Positions 38,484 to 47,904 of a stretch of 61,951 nucleotides of DNA are shown here, piece by piece. This DNA comes from an uncultured Clostridiaceae bacterium. Lineage in GTDB: Bacteria; Bacillota; Limnochordia; Darwinibacteriales; Darwinibacteriaceae. The notes beneath the pieces are model-generated. The model was not told the origin of the DNA. It searched no databases and saw only the letters and a program-made list of their open reading frames with translations. The stretch is taken from the NCBI GenBank assembly GCA_964626065.1, contig CAZVDE010000005.1, positions 1-61,951 on the forward strand, in the 5' to 3' direction. The translations under genes and the position numbers were made by a program. Within the stretch, counting starts at the first letter, position 1; each line of letters opens with the position of its first letter.

Positions 38484-38552
38484 GTGTGGCGGGGGCATGC
38501 TTTTGTGTTTTCGCGGGCATTCTAAGTTTAAAATAGCTTGGGAGGCGTGGCG

Positions 38553-39002
38553 ATGTCCTCAACACTCATGGAACAGCTTTCCCAAAAGCAGCTGGCGGAG
38601 GAGATCAACCGGTTCATCCGCAGTCGAGATAGTGGTGCGCTCGGTACAAGGGGGCCGGCAGGTCTAAGGGTTAGCCCGGTGAGATATTTTCTGGATGGGG
38701 AGTCAAATCTGTTTGTGCAGTCCGAAGGGGGCAGCAAATTTACTAATCTAGAGGCGGATAACAGCGTCTGCCTGCTTATCTCCTCACGGTTCGATGGAGA
38801 CTGCCGCAAGGTTCACGGTGTGCAGTTTTTCGGTCAGGGCGAAGTATTGGAGCAGGATAATCCGCAATATGCGGCAGCAATTTCTCACAGCCCCTGGCCC
38901 GTCAACGAAAATTCTAAACTAATTCGCATTCACTGCAAACATGCCGTTTATGTCGATCGCATTAGGCACAAAAATCTAAAGCAGGAATGGGTACCCCGTT
39001 AG
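38553..39002 (+). CDS. pyridoxamine 5'-phosphate oxidase-family (FMN-binding split barrel) protein
   Basis: GALGTRGPAGLRVSPVRYFLDGESNLFVQSEGGSKFTNLEADNSVCLLI pattern. Confidence 0.65.
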   Translation: MSSTLMEQLSQKQLAEEINRFIRSRDSGALGTRGPAGLRVSPVRYFLDGESNLFVQSEGGSKFTNLEADNSVCLLISSRFDGDCRKVHGVQFFGQGEVLEQDNPQYAAAISHSPWPVNENSKLIRIHCKHAVYVDRIRHKNLKQEWVPR

Positions 39003-39028
39003 CAGAATTGTCTTGGCGGGGGGGGTAC

Positions 39029-39727
39029 ATGATGAGAAAGAGACTAATGTTTGTTTTAGTGTTGGCGGTAATCCTTGGGGCGTGTCCGGGTGTTAGAGCA
39101 GAGACCCTCTGGGATAGGATGGGAAAGGGCTTTCCCAATCGGGAGCAGGTTTATGAGTATGTTTATGAATTGCGCAGTCCTCAATTGCAGATAGACGTGG
39201 CTTTGCCTCAGATTATCGGTGCCGCGGATGCGGCCTGGCAGGGTCGGTTTAATCAGAAATTGCTTGATTTTGCGGAGCAATTCACAGCTGAACTGCGCGA
39301 AATTGCCCATCAATCGGAGCAGGCGGGATTTGAGTTTCACGCCCCCTTTGAGGGCATTATCCGGTTCGATCTTAAATTGAACAGCGGCGGCCTGTTGAGC
39401 CTGGTGATTCAAACCTATACATACACGGGCGGCGCCCATGGAATGACAGTACGCGATTACATTAATCTTGATCTGACCACCGGAGAACACCTTCGTTTTC
39501 GGGATTTTTTTGCAACGGAGGCGGAGTTGGAAAGGGCGGCAGAAATAATTAATGCTAAGGTGGTCGCAGAACCGCAGCGGTTTTTCATCCGGGAATTCAC
39601 GGCAGATGAGTTCCTGGCGGACCAGGATTTTTATCTAGAATCCGGGCGGGCTGTTATTTGTTTTGGCCTTTATGAGATTGGCCCGTACGTGGCCGGCATT
39701 CAGGAGTTTGCGGTATCGGCCCCATAG
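39029..39727 (+). CDS. secreted DUF4163/DUF3298 domain protein (RsiV/PdaC C-terminal-like)
   Basis: Signal peptide; YTYTGGAHGMTVRDYINLDLTTGEHL and FYLESGRAVICFGLYEIGPY are DUF3298 hallmarks. Confidence 0.8.
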   Translation: MMRKRLMFVLVLAVILGACPGVRAETLWDRMGKGFPNREQVYEYVYELRSPQLQIDVALPQIIGAADAAWQGRFNQKLLDFAEQFTAELREIAHQSEQAGFEFHAPFEGIIRFDLKLNSGGLLSLVIQTYTYTGGAHGMTVRDYINLDLTTGEHLRFRDFFATEAELERAAEIINAKVVAEPQRFFIREFTADEFLADQDFYLESGRAVICFGLYEIGPYVAGIQEFAVSAP

Positions 39728-41880
39728 GGTACTAGTTTCAGCACATCACCGTGTTTGATTGGCGCAGTGAACCCCACTTCTTTTCCGTTGAGAAGGATTG
39801 TGCCGCCTTGGCGCAAGAACTCCGCATCCGGTTCGTAGTTTCGAAAAATATCCGTTACAATGTAAGAATTCAAGGCTCCGGCCGGGCTAGGCACATATTT
39901 GATTCGGTCCAGGGGCCTTATTTTATAATCAAGAGTGACTGTTTTTCCGTTCACGGTAGGATTGGTGAGTTTGGGAGCCAATTCGAATTCTTCCCCGTTG
40001 ATCAGCACAGCAATGTTTTCTGATGCTTCTTCTTCCGGCGGGCCCAGGACTTCCCTGAGGCTACAGCCCGGGCGCTCGTATTCCACTTTTGCCCCGTTTC
40101 GCAGGTGGGCGCGCAGTGATTGTTCAACTCCGTCAACCAGAATTCTAAGCCGTTCCAGCGCGGTTTTAGGCTCGTTATTAAGATAAAAGCGGATTTCTTG
40201 TTCAATGGGGATGCGCAGATATTCAAACAGGCCCGCAAAATCAGTTATGGGCCCCAGAGCGATTTTGTCCCGATCGCGCACAATATAGTCCGGGGGACGG
40301 ACTTCGCCGTTAACCAGAATCTGCGGTTTGACCTCAATCGCTGATCCGTTCAGAGTGAACCGGAAACTGTGGGCAGAAATATCCGTTAATTCCTCGAGCG
40401 TAACGCCGGGCGGCTCCCCCGCTTTACCTCGAAGGACCGTGATCTGATCCCCATCGCGGAGCGGGGTATCTAAACCCGCGGCCTTCCCGTTCTTTAAGAT
40501 CGCTGCCGGCCTGCCCAAAGTTCCCGGCAGGGGAATGCAGCGACCATTTAGTTCTACCGTATAGGCCCGGCCCGGCCTACCGGCGAATTCTCCGGGAACT
40601 ATCCCGGCATATAATAAAGAGTCGCCCACAGTTGAAGATGCCATTTTTAAAACCTGCAGCTGCTGTTCGTTGACGCTCACTCGTATGAGCTGCATACCCC
40701 GGCCGTCCAGGTGCGTTACGCCTATAGCCATGGGTGTAATCGTCTGAGGCCCATGGAAGTCGGGCACGCCCACGATATTTTCCAAACTGGAGCGGTTGCG
40801 CACTCGCACCAAAGTTGAAGGCAGGCTTAGGCTTTGGGCCAGTGTTTCTGCGAGCCCGGGCGTGAGGCTGCCGCCCCCAATTAGGATCACGCCCTTAGGG
40901 GCGCCGCCATTTAACTCCAAAATCTTGCGGGCTATCTTGTCCGCTAACACCTGCACATGGGGTTGAATTGTTTCCAGCAGTTGGCGGTAGGATATTGTTA
41001 AAGTGTTTCCAAACACATCTTCGCACTCATATGTCCGGTCCGGCCGGAGTTCGGTTTTTACCCGCTCAGCCACTTTTGTATCCAATAAAAATTGTTCCGC
41101 GATGCCCGCGGTAATAGCATCGCCCGCGTGAGAGACCATACCGTAATCCTTAATCGTCCCTTCCGCAGAAATAGCCAGATCGGAGGTGCCCGCGCCCACG
41201 TCTACCAGGGCAATATTCAGCATGCGCATCGTAGCGGGTACCACTAGGTGCATCGCGGCTATAGGTTCTAAAGTTAGCGAATCCATGCTTAAGCCGGCAC
41301 TCTCAAGGGCGGTGCTGAGCGAATCAATGACAATACGAGGTAAGAAGGTGGCAATGACCTCCACTTTTCCTTCTCTACCTCGATGATCGATCAAAGAACC
41401 GATGGGTTCCCCGTCGAGATAACGTTGGGTGACACTGTAGCCGACACAAAGGTAGCTGTCCATTGCGCCTTTTCCACCGTTAGCGGACAGTTTCTTAACA
41501 GCGTTCCACACCGCTTCCAACTCCAGTGATTTGATGCCGGCGGCGGAAAAACGCTGGTTTAAAGCAGACGTGACGGTACTCACACCAATCTCGGTAATCA
41601 GAGAACGCCCCGCGGCGGCGACGGCCGCTTTTTCCAAAGTAACGCCCTCAGCCTGCTCCAATTCGTCTTTTATTTTGGCAATCACTCGAGCAACGGCATC
41701 GATGCGGTGGATTTGGCCATCCGCCATTGCCCCGGGCAGCTGCCGGTGGGTTGAAGCGTGCATGATTGCAAAACCCTCATCTGTCGGGGACATCAATAGA
41801 CCGGCAATTTCTCGGGTTCCGATATCAAGAGCAAAAATCCGGGCCGTACTCATTGGCATCACCTCAATATTCATTTCCAC
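39700..41880 (-). CDS. actin-like (FtsA/PilM/EutJ-type ASKHA) ATPase fused to six C-terminal beta-grasp-like repeats
   Basis: IFALDIGTREIAG (phosphate 1), LVDVGAGTSDLAI (phosphate 2), ILIGGGSLTPGL (adenosine); residues about 396-726 contain six repeats of h-x-h-x-h-N-G ... (R/H)-D/x-G-D-x-I/L. Confidence 0.75.
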   Translation of the reverse strand: MEMNIEVMPMSTARIFALDIGTREIAGLLMSPTDEGFAIMHASTHRQLPGAMADGQIHRIDAVARVIAKIKDELEQAEGVTLEKAAVAAAGRSLITEIGVSTVTSALNQRFSAAGIKSLELEAVWNAVKKLSANGGKGAMDSYLCVGYSVTQRYLDGEPIGSLIDHRGREGKVEVIATFLPRIVIDSLSTALESAGLSMDSLTLEPIAAMHLVVPATMRMLNIALVDVGAGTSDLAISAEGTIKDYGMVSHAGDAITAGIAEQFLLDTKVAERVKTELRPDRTYECEDVFGNTLTISYRQLLETIQPHVQVLADKIARKILELNGGAPKGVILIGGGSLTPGLAETLAQSLSLPSTLVRVRNRSSLENIVGVPDFHGPQTITPMAIGVTHLDGRGMQLIRVSVNEQQLQVLKMASSTVGDSLLYAGIVPGEFAGRPGRAYTVELNGRCIPLPGTLGRPAAILKNGKAAGLDTPLRDGDQITVLRGKAGEPPGVTLEELTDISAHSFRFTLNGSAIEVKPQILVNGEVRPPDYIVRDRDKIALGPITDFAGLFEYLRIPIEQEIRFYLNNEPKTALERLRILVDGVEQSLRAHLRNGAKVEYERPGCSLREVLGPPEEEASENIAVLINGEEFELAPKLTNPTVNGKTVTLDYKIRPLDRIKYVPSPAGALNSYIVTDIFRNYEPDAEFLRQGGTILLNGKEVGFTAPIKHGDVLKLVPYGADTANS

Positions 41881-41977
41881 ATTAAGGGTGCCTGTTCCTG
41901 TTTTAATTGCCTAGGCAGGGAAATTTTGCCTTACAGAGAAAAGATCAGTCAGTATAACAAACAAAGGAGCGATAAGG

Positions 41978-43780
41978 ATGGGGCAACTGCCGACGCGGCA
42001 AGAAATACCGGAGGAATTGAAATGGAGACTGGAAGATATTTTCGCCACTGACCGGGAATGGGAAACGGAGCTGGCCCAAATCAGGGCGCATAAAGACGAA
42101 ATTCAAAATTTAAGGGGTACAATTACATCTGCCCAGACTCTGCTGCACGCGCTGCAGGTACGAGACGAGATCACACAGCGGTTAAGCCGTCTCATTTCCT
42201 ATGCAAACATGAGGCAGGATGAGGATAACACTGAACCGCGCTATCAGGGGTACGCGGATCAGGCCATGCGCATAGCAGTGGAATTCAACAGCGCCGGGGC
42301 GTTTTTGCAGCCGGAGATCTTGGCACTGGACCCCCGGGATGTCGTACGCTGGATTGATCAGCTTCCGGAACTGGAAGTATACCGGCATCATTTAGACAAT
42401 ATCTTGCGTATGAAACCGCACACTCTCCCGGCGGAACAGGAAGAACTATTAGCCGCGGCGGGTGAACTTGCGCAGGCCCCGGGTAATATCTTTCAGATGT
42501 TCAACAATGCGGATTTGAAATTTCCCCGGGTTAAGAACGATGAAGGCCAATTGGTTGAATTGACCCATGGCCGCTATATCCAACTTTTAGAATCGCGCCA
42601 TCAGGAAGTGCGCCGAGATGTCTTTGAGGCTATGTACACCACCTACCGCGGATGGAAAAACACTTTAGGGGCTACCTATTTGGCCGCGGTAAAAAAACAG
42701 CTTTACTTTTCCCGGGCGCGCAAATACCCTTCTTCTCTAGAGGCGGCTTTGCACGCGGACAATGTAAAACCCGAGGTCTATACCAACCTAGTTGATTCGA
42801 TCAACGAGCATCTGCCCCTACTCCATCGTTACGTGCGTTTGAGGAAAAAGCTGCTCAAGCTGGATGAGCTGCATATGTATGATTTATATGTGCCCATGGT
42901 GGCGGACGAGCAAGTGGAATTTGACATACCACAAGCTGTGGAAACGGTACAAAAAGGATTGCGCCCGTTAGGCGATGAGTATCTGAGCGATTTGAACAAA
43001 AGTTTTAATCAGGGTTGGATTGATTGGATGGAAAATCGGGGCAAGACGAGCGGCGCCTACTCTTCGGGTACCTATGGTGTACACCCCTATGTTCTTTTGA
43101 ATTACCAAAAAACATTGGATAATGTGTTCACCCTTGCCCATGAGCTGGGCCATGCAATGCACAGCTATTATTCAAACCGGAATCAGGAGTTCATAAACGC
43201 TCGGTACACGATTTTCGTTGCTGAAGTGGCATCCACCGTTAATGAGGCCTTGCTAATTGACGATCTGCTGAAAAAAACGGAGGCTCCCAGGCAGCGAGCG
43301 TATCTGCTCAATCATTATCTAGAACAATTTAGGGGGACGGTGTTCAGGCAGACGATGTTTGCGGAATTTGAGATGATCGTCCATGACAAAATAGGCCGGG
43401 GCGAATCTATGACAGCGGATCAACTGAGTGAGGTTTATTACGATTTAAACAAAAAATATTTCGGTGATGATTTGGTTGTAGACGAACTGATTGCCATGGA
43501 ATGGGCCCGCATTCCCCATTTTTATAGGCCTTTTTATGTTTACAAGTATGCGACCGGATTTTCTGCCGCGGTTTCTTTGGCAGAGCAGATCCTAGAGCAG
43601 GGAAGGCCGGCTGTGGATAAGTACCTCAGTTTCCTGGGCGCCGGGGGTTCCGCTTATCCCCTGCAGCTTCTGCAGGCCGCCGGTGTTGACATGAGTGAAC
43701 CTAAACCCATTGTCCAGGCCATGCAAGTATTTGAAGAATTGCTGGACGAACTGGAAAAAATATCAGAAAGCGATTTCTAG
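41978..43780 (+). CDS. pepF: oligoendopeptidase F (M3B)
   Basis: 600 aa; HELGHAMH zinc motif plus a downstream E; N-terminal WRLEDIF typical of PepF. Confidence 0.93.
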   Translation: MGQLPTRQEIPEELKWRLEDIFATDREWETELAQIRAHKDEIQNLRGTITSAQTLLHALQVRDEITQRLSRLISYANMRQDEDNTEPRYQGYADQAMRIAVEFNSAGAFLQPEILALDPRDVVRWIDQLPELEVYRHHLDNILRMKPHTLPAEQEELLAAAGELAQAPGNIFQMFNNADLKFPRVKNDEGQLVELTHGRYIQLLESRHQEVRRDVFEAMYTTYRGWKNTLGATYLAAVKKQLYFSRARKYPSSLEAALHADNVKPEVYTNLVDSINEHLPLLHRYVRLRKKLLKLDELHMYDLYVPMVADEQVEFDIPQAVETVQKGLRPLGDEYLSDLNKSFNQGWIDWMENRGKTSGAYSSGTYGVHPYVLLNYQKTLDNVFTLAHELGHAMHSYYSNRNQEFINARYTIFVAEVASTVNEALLIDDLLKKTEAPRQRAYLLNHYLEQFRGTVFRQTMFAEFEMIVHDKIGRGESMTADQLSEVYYDLNKKYFGDDLVVDELIAMEWARIPHFYRPFYVYKYATGFSAAVSLAEQILEQGRPAVDKYLSFLGAGGSAYPLQLLQAAGVDMSEPKPIVQAMQVFEELLDELEKISESDF

Positions 43781-44377
43781 GCCCAGGCACTGCAGTGCGC
43801 CGTCCGGGGAAGAGGAGTAATTGAATTTAGCGGTACCGCCCCAGGAGGCGATGTGGTGCATTTGATAGGTTAAAAGGGGATTTTTCCCGTATTTTAGATG
43901 GGCTCCCAGGGCCCATCTTTCGTTTACGGCAAAAAGGGCGCCAACGTTAAGATGATTTGCCCCACCTTGACGCGTGATCGAGTACTGGATTAAAAGGGGA
44001 TCGGACAAAACCTCTACCCCCCCGTCAACTTGAATTTGCCGCTGCCGGGGATCGCACTTGATTTCCAGTTTGCCCGTTACCCCCCGCTGAAAGGGATGCC
44101 GCCAGCACAGCTTCAGGCTGGGAAAAAACAGCTGAAGATCCTGCCCTTCTAAGCCGGTCATGATCTGCAGGGGCAGAATTATCCCGCCGGTGAGTTTCGC
44201 AGAAAACGACCGGCTGCAGTTGAGTGCGCCGGCATAAATCTTGTGGGCATGGTAGGGCGAGCTCCAGACTTCAAATTGGCAGGCCCATGACCACCCTTGG
44301 CAGGGACGCACGGCTAGGGACAGGAATATAATGAGCAATAGCGAACATACGAGTAATCTTTTCATCGGGACCGGCAT
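43763..44377 (-). CDS. hypothetical secreted beta-strand-rich protein ending in Phe
   Basis: Signal peptide MPVPMKRLLVCSLLLIIFLSLAV; alternating-hydrophobicity strands (LNVGALFAV, WALGAHLKY, GGTAKFNYS, LQCLGLEIAF); AAGGAGG SD before ATG 44377; lies directly downstream of the C39-like gene. Confidence 0.55.
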   Translation of the reverse strand: MPVPMKRLLVCSLLLIIFLSLAVRPCQGWSWACQFEVWSSPYHAHKIYAGALNCSRSFSAKLTGGIILPLQIMTGLEGQDLQLFFPSLKLCWRHPFQRGVTGKLEIKCDPRQRQIQVDGGVEVLSDPLLIQYSITRQGGANHLNVGALFAVNERWALGAHLKYGKNPLLTYQMHHIASWGGTAKFNYSSSPDGALQCLGLEIAF

Positions 44378-44394
44378 TATCTTCCTCCTTGGCA

Positions 44395-44937
44395 TTAATA
44401 AACAGACTGCTGCAGTAAGTCGAGACGTCCGGCGGTGCGCCGCACAAGTTCATCAACTGCGGGCAGCGCCGGAAGGGAAGGGAAATGAAGAACATAGCCG
44501 CTGAATTCCCTCCTAAACTGTCGGGGGTCGATCGCTTGCACACCCCAACCGGGATCAGCCACTACAAGCCATCCTTCGGTAAGTCCCAACAATACTAGGT
44601 AGTGCCCTTCGGCGCGGCCGCTGTGGGCAATCAAGGGGCGGCCGGGGGAATGCTCCAAAAAATATTGCACATCGTCCCAATCCAGGCCATAGGCATTTAC
44701 AGCTAAACCGTGATCTTGTAGATAGCGGGAGAGTTCAATCAGCGCAGCGCCATGATCGGCCCGGTTTTGCGGCCAAGGCAGCACATCCCTGCCCGCTAGA
44801 AGAAGTACAGTCGCCGCCGCTGCGGGGCCGCAATCCCAGTCCGTTTTTTGGGCGGGCAGGCCCTGAAACTTGGTGGCCTGATAAGGCTGCAGTGATCCGA
44901 ATAGATGCAGAAATAGAATCAACCAGATGGAAATCAC
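44395..44937 (-). CDS. secreted stand-alone C39-like cysteine peptidase domain protein
   Basis: N-terminal hydrophobic leader; WDCGPAAAATVL (catalytic Cys context), GHYLVLLG (His), VVADPGWG (Asp). Confidence 0.65.
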   Translation of the reverse strand: MISIWLILFLHLFGSLQPYQATKFQGLPAQKTDWDCGPAAAATVLLLAGRDVLPWPQNRADHGAALIELSRYLQDHGLAVNAYGLDWDDVQYFLEHSPGRPLIAHSGRAEGHYLVLLGLTEGWLVVADPGWGVQAIDPRQFRREFSGYVLHFPSLPALPAVDELVRRTAGRLDLLQQSVY

Positions 44938-45054
44938 CCCTTCGGCTTCAGTTTAGCGGCAAGGAGGCAGAATGTCAAGAATAATCAGATAATTATAAAC
45001 GGCCGGGGGCGAAAATTAGCTTGAACGATTGGGTTATTTGTCCACCCACTAGAT

Positions 45055-45903
45055 TTAGCCCACCTCGGGGACGGATGCCCTGATCCCCACGGAGTCCAGC
45101 GTTTCCCGCACCCGTTTTTCGTCAAAACCCACACGCCCCGCCCGCCAGCAGCACAAAGCGGGCACGTCTCGGCGGATGGTGGCCAGGCGTCGATAAAGTA
45201 AGGCGTCCTGCTGCCTATTGGCCAAATTTTCGCCCGCCTTGCCCGGGAGCAGATGGACATTTGACAAGATGTTTTCCAGCGAACCGTAGGCAGTCAGCCA
45301 GCGAACGGCTGTTTTGGGTCCCACTAAAGGAATGCCGGGTATATTGTCGCTAGCATCGCCCATGAGGGCTTTGAGTTCGGGGATCTGTTCGGGAGGCACC
45401 CCCATTTCATAAGTAACCAGCTCCGGCGTGAATACTTTATTGGCGCGGTTATTGGGCGACACAACCGTTACATCCTCAGTTACAAGCTGTAATGTGTCTT
45501 TATCGCTGCTGACGATGTAACAATGCACACCGTGGGGTACTCGTGCACTGATTGTACCGATCACATCATCCGCTTCGTAACCCGCTACCCTAACTAGCGG
45601 CGCTTCCAGGCTGTGTATTATTTCAGCGATTAAGGGTAACTGTCCGCGAAGTTCATCGGGCATGGGAGGTCTTTGCGCTTTATATTCAGAATAGAGTAGG
45701 TGGCGAAAAGTGGGGTCAGGATGATCCGAGGCAATGATTAAAAAAGATGGCCGAAACTGATCCAGCAGGGAAGAGACCATATTGTAGAAACCCAGTACCG
45801 CATTGATCGCTTGCCCGTCCTGTCGCCTAATTGTGGTGGGCAACCCAAAATAAGCACGGTAAACGAGGGAAAGGCAGTCCAGGATAAGACAGGTTTCGGG
45901 CAA
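45055..45903 (-). CDS. 5'-3' exonuclease (FEN / Pol I N-terminal domain family)
   Basis: LILDCLSLVYRAYF, GYEADDVIGT, SSDKDTLQLV, H3TH segment LMGDASDNIPGIPLVGPKTA. Confidence 0.9.
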   Translation of the reverse strand: MPETCLILDCLSLVYRAYFGLPTTIRRQDGQAINAVLGFYNMVSSLLDQFRPSFLIIASDHPDPTFRHLLYSEYKAQRPPMPDELRGQLPLIAEIIHSLEAPLVRVAGYEADDVIGTISARVPHGVHCYIVSSDKDTLQLVTEDVTVVSPNNRANKVFTPELVTYEMGVPPEQIPELKALMGDASDNIPGIPLVGPKTAVRWLTAYGSLENILSNVHLLPGKAGENLANRQQDALLYRRLATIRRDVPALCCWRAGRVGFDEKRVRETLDSVGIRASVPEVG

Positions 45904-45979
45904 AATTATTCTCCTTTAGATACCATTTAGCTTATAGTATATCATAGTTTACCGGTTGGAAAAAGAAAGGGGTTTGCTT

Positions 45980-46390
45980 GTGACTACTGCTATTGAAAAA
46001 GCTCTGCGCCTGAAAAATGCGGCGGTCGTGGGACTAAGCAGGGATCCTGCCAAGGCGGCTCATAGTGTGCCGCGCTACCTTCAGCAGCACGGCTATCGGA
46101 TTATACCGGTCAATCCGTTTGCCCGGGAATTACTGGGGGAGCGTGCCTATGCAAAGGTGAGCGAAATAGGGGAACGAGTTGATTTGGTGATCGTCTTTAG
46201 GCCTTCCTCGGAGGTGCCCCCCGTCGTGGAGGATGCGCTAACGCGACAGGATGTGCAGGCAATCTGGCTTCAGGAGGGAATCACAAACGAAGAGGCACAG
46301 AACCTTACTGAAGGCCGCGGCCTGATCTACGTTGAGGATAAATGCGCCTTTAAGGAACATCGCAGGCTAAAAAGGGAGCATAAACTGTGA
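45980..46390 (+). CDS. CoA-binding domain protein (YccU/YneT-like)
   Basis: NAAVVGLSRDPAKAAHSVPRYLQQHGYRIIPVNP ... DLVIVFRP. Confidence 0.8.
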   Translation: MTTAIEKALRLKNAAVVGLSRDPAKAAHSVPRYLQQHGYRIIPVNPFARELLGERAYAKVSEIGERVDLVIVFRPSSEVPPVVEDALTRQDVQAIWLQEGITNEEAQNLTEGRGLIYVEDKCAFKEHRRLKREHKL

Positions 46391-47901
46391 TGAGAAAGAC
46401 AGTGGGCCCGGCCTGCATTTTCCTTCTTTGTCTCGCCTTTAGTTTTGCGGCCGCGGCGGTGGCAGGGGAGATTGCCGCGGGATGCAGCGACCCTTTACCG
46501 CTTCCCGCCGATAAAGTAATGCGTATATCCGAGGCCTGGGTGGAATTTGAACATCATGGTTCGCTGCCCATCGCAGAGGAGACGCGGTCCTACCATCACT
46601 GGGAGCAACTGGTCTTCGAGGTACCTTTGGCGGCGGTTTTAGTTGGTTTTGAAGAGGTGGTCGCTACTGTTCAAAACGGTGAGATTATTAGATTTGATGT
46701 GTATGATCCCCTCTACATTCGCACTATGCGTGTGGCGGTTAGCAGGGAAGATTTCGCCGGGATTGAACACACAGAATTGCGTTTTGCCCCCACATCTAAA
46801 ATCTATGTGGAAGAAACGGGAACGGGGCGCGGTTTTGTGGCGGAGGCGGGTGAGGAAATCACCGCCTTTGCCCAAGGCGGAAAGCTGTTCTTTAAAGATG
46901 GGGCGAAAACCCTTTGGGAGTTTGATCGCCGGCTTTATCTCTGGGCTGACCAGGAGGGCATGATTCAAATTAAATCCTTTCAGCGGGGGACTACCGCCAA
47001 ATTTTATCCCCGTTATCGGGGCCGCTTTGAGCTCACTGCAGCGGGGGCGGACACTTTTTTGGCTATAAATGAGGTTGATTTGGAAGAATACCTATATCAG
47101 GTGGTTCCAAGCGAGATGGTGATCAGTTGGCCTTTGGAGGCGCTAAAAGCCCAGGCTGTTGCATCTAGGACCTATGCGGTGGCCCAGGTCATTTATTCAC
47201 GCCGGGGGCATCTTGGTTTTCATGTCAGTGACAGCACCAGTTCTCAAGTTTACAATAATCAGCCTGAGGCGGATAGCGCGACCCGGGCTATTTTAGAAAC
47301 GTCGGGTGAAATTTTGGCTAAGCCTGACGGCACAATCGGCTCCACTTATTTTTATTCCACCTCGCCCCGGGGCGTTATGAACAGCAAACAGGCTTGGAGT
47401 GATCGGACCGGGCTTGATCTAGAAGGCAATTCGCCCTGGTATCGCTGGCAGTGTTACTTCAGCGCAGAAGAATTGGCCGCCCTGCTGCATCCGTGGCTGC
47501 AACTGCCCCCGGGGACCTTGCAGCAAGTGGAGGTGGGAGAACGTGATGAACTGGGCCGAGTAGTAAACTTGACTGTGCAGAGCACCGCTGGCACGGCTTC
47601 GATTTTAGGGGAGTTGAATATCCGCAGTGCGCTGCGGCCCAGCCGTTTGCAGAGAGTCAGCGATAGCCTTAATCAATTAGCGCTGCTGCCCAGCGCCATG
47701 TTCATGATTGAACCCCGGCGAGATGCGCAGGGCAATCTTGTGGGCGCGGCATTTTTCGGGGGCGGAAGCGGCCATGGCCTGGGCATGAGCCAGTGGGGGG
47801 CGAAGGGTATGGCCGAGGCAGGATATGATTATCTCAGCATTCTCAGCACTTATTATTCCGACATGCATTTAATTACCCATGCGGAGCAATTGAGGTATTA
47901 A
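46387..47901 (+). CDS. SpoIID/LytB domain-containing protein
   Basis: LEEYLYQVVPSEM, EALKAQAVASRTYA, and C-terminal GGGSGHGLGMSQWGAKGMA. Confidence 0.88.
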   Translation: MMRKTVGPACIFLLCLAFSFAAAAVAGEIAAGCSDPLPLPADKVMRISEAWVEFEHHGSLPIAEETRSYHHWEQLVFEVPLAAVLVGFEEVVATVQNGEIIRFDVYDPLYIRTMRVAVSREDFAGIEHTELRFAPTSKIYVEETGTGRGFVAEAGEEITAFAQGGKLFFKDGAKTLWEFDRRLYLWADQEGMIQIKSFQRGTTAKFYPRYRGRFELTAAGADTFLAINEVDLEEYLYQVVPSEMVISWPLEALKAQAVASRTYAVAQVIYSRRGHLGFHVSDSTSSQVYNNQPEADSATRAILETSGEILAKPDGTIGSTYFYSTSPRGVMNSKQAWSDRTGLDLEGNSPWYRWQCYFSAEELAALLHPWLQLPPGTLQQVEVGERDELGRVVNLTVQSTAGTASILGELNIRSALRPSRLQRVSDSLNQLALLPSAMFMIEPRRDAQGNLVGAAFFGGGSGHGLGMSQWGAKGMAEAGYDYLSILSTYYSDMHLITHAEQLRY

Positions 47902-47904
47902 GAT

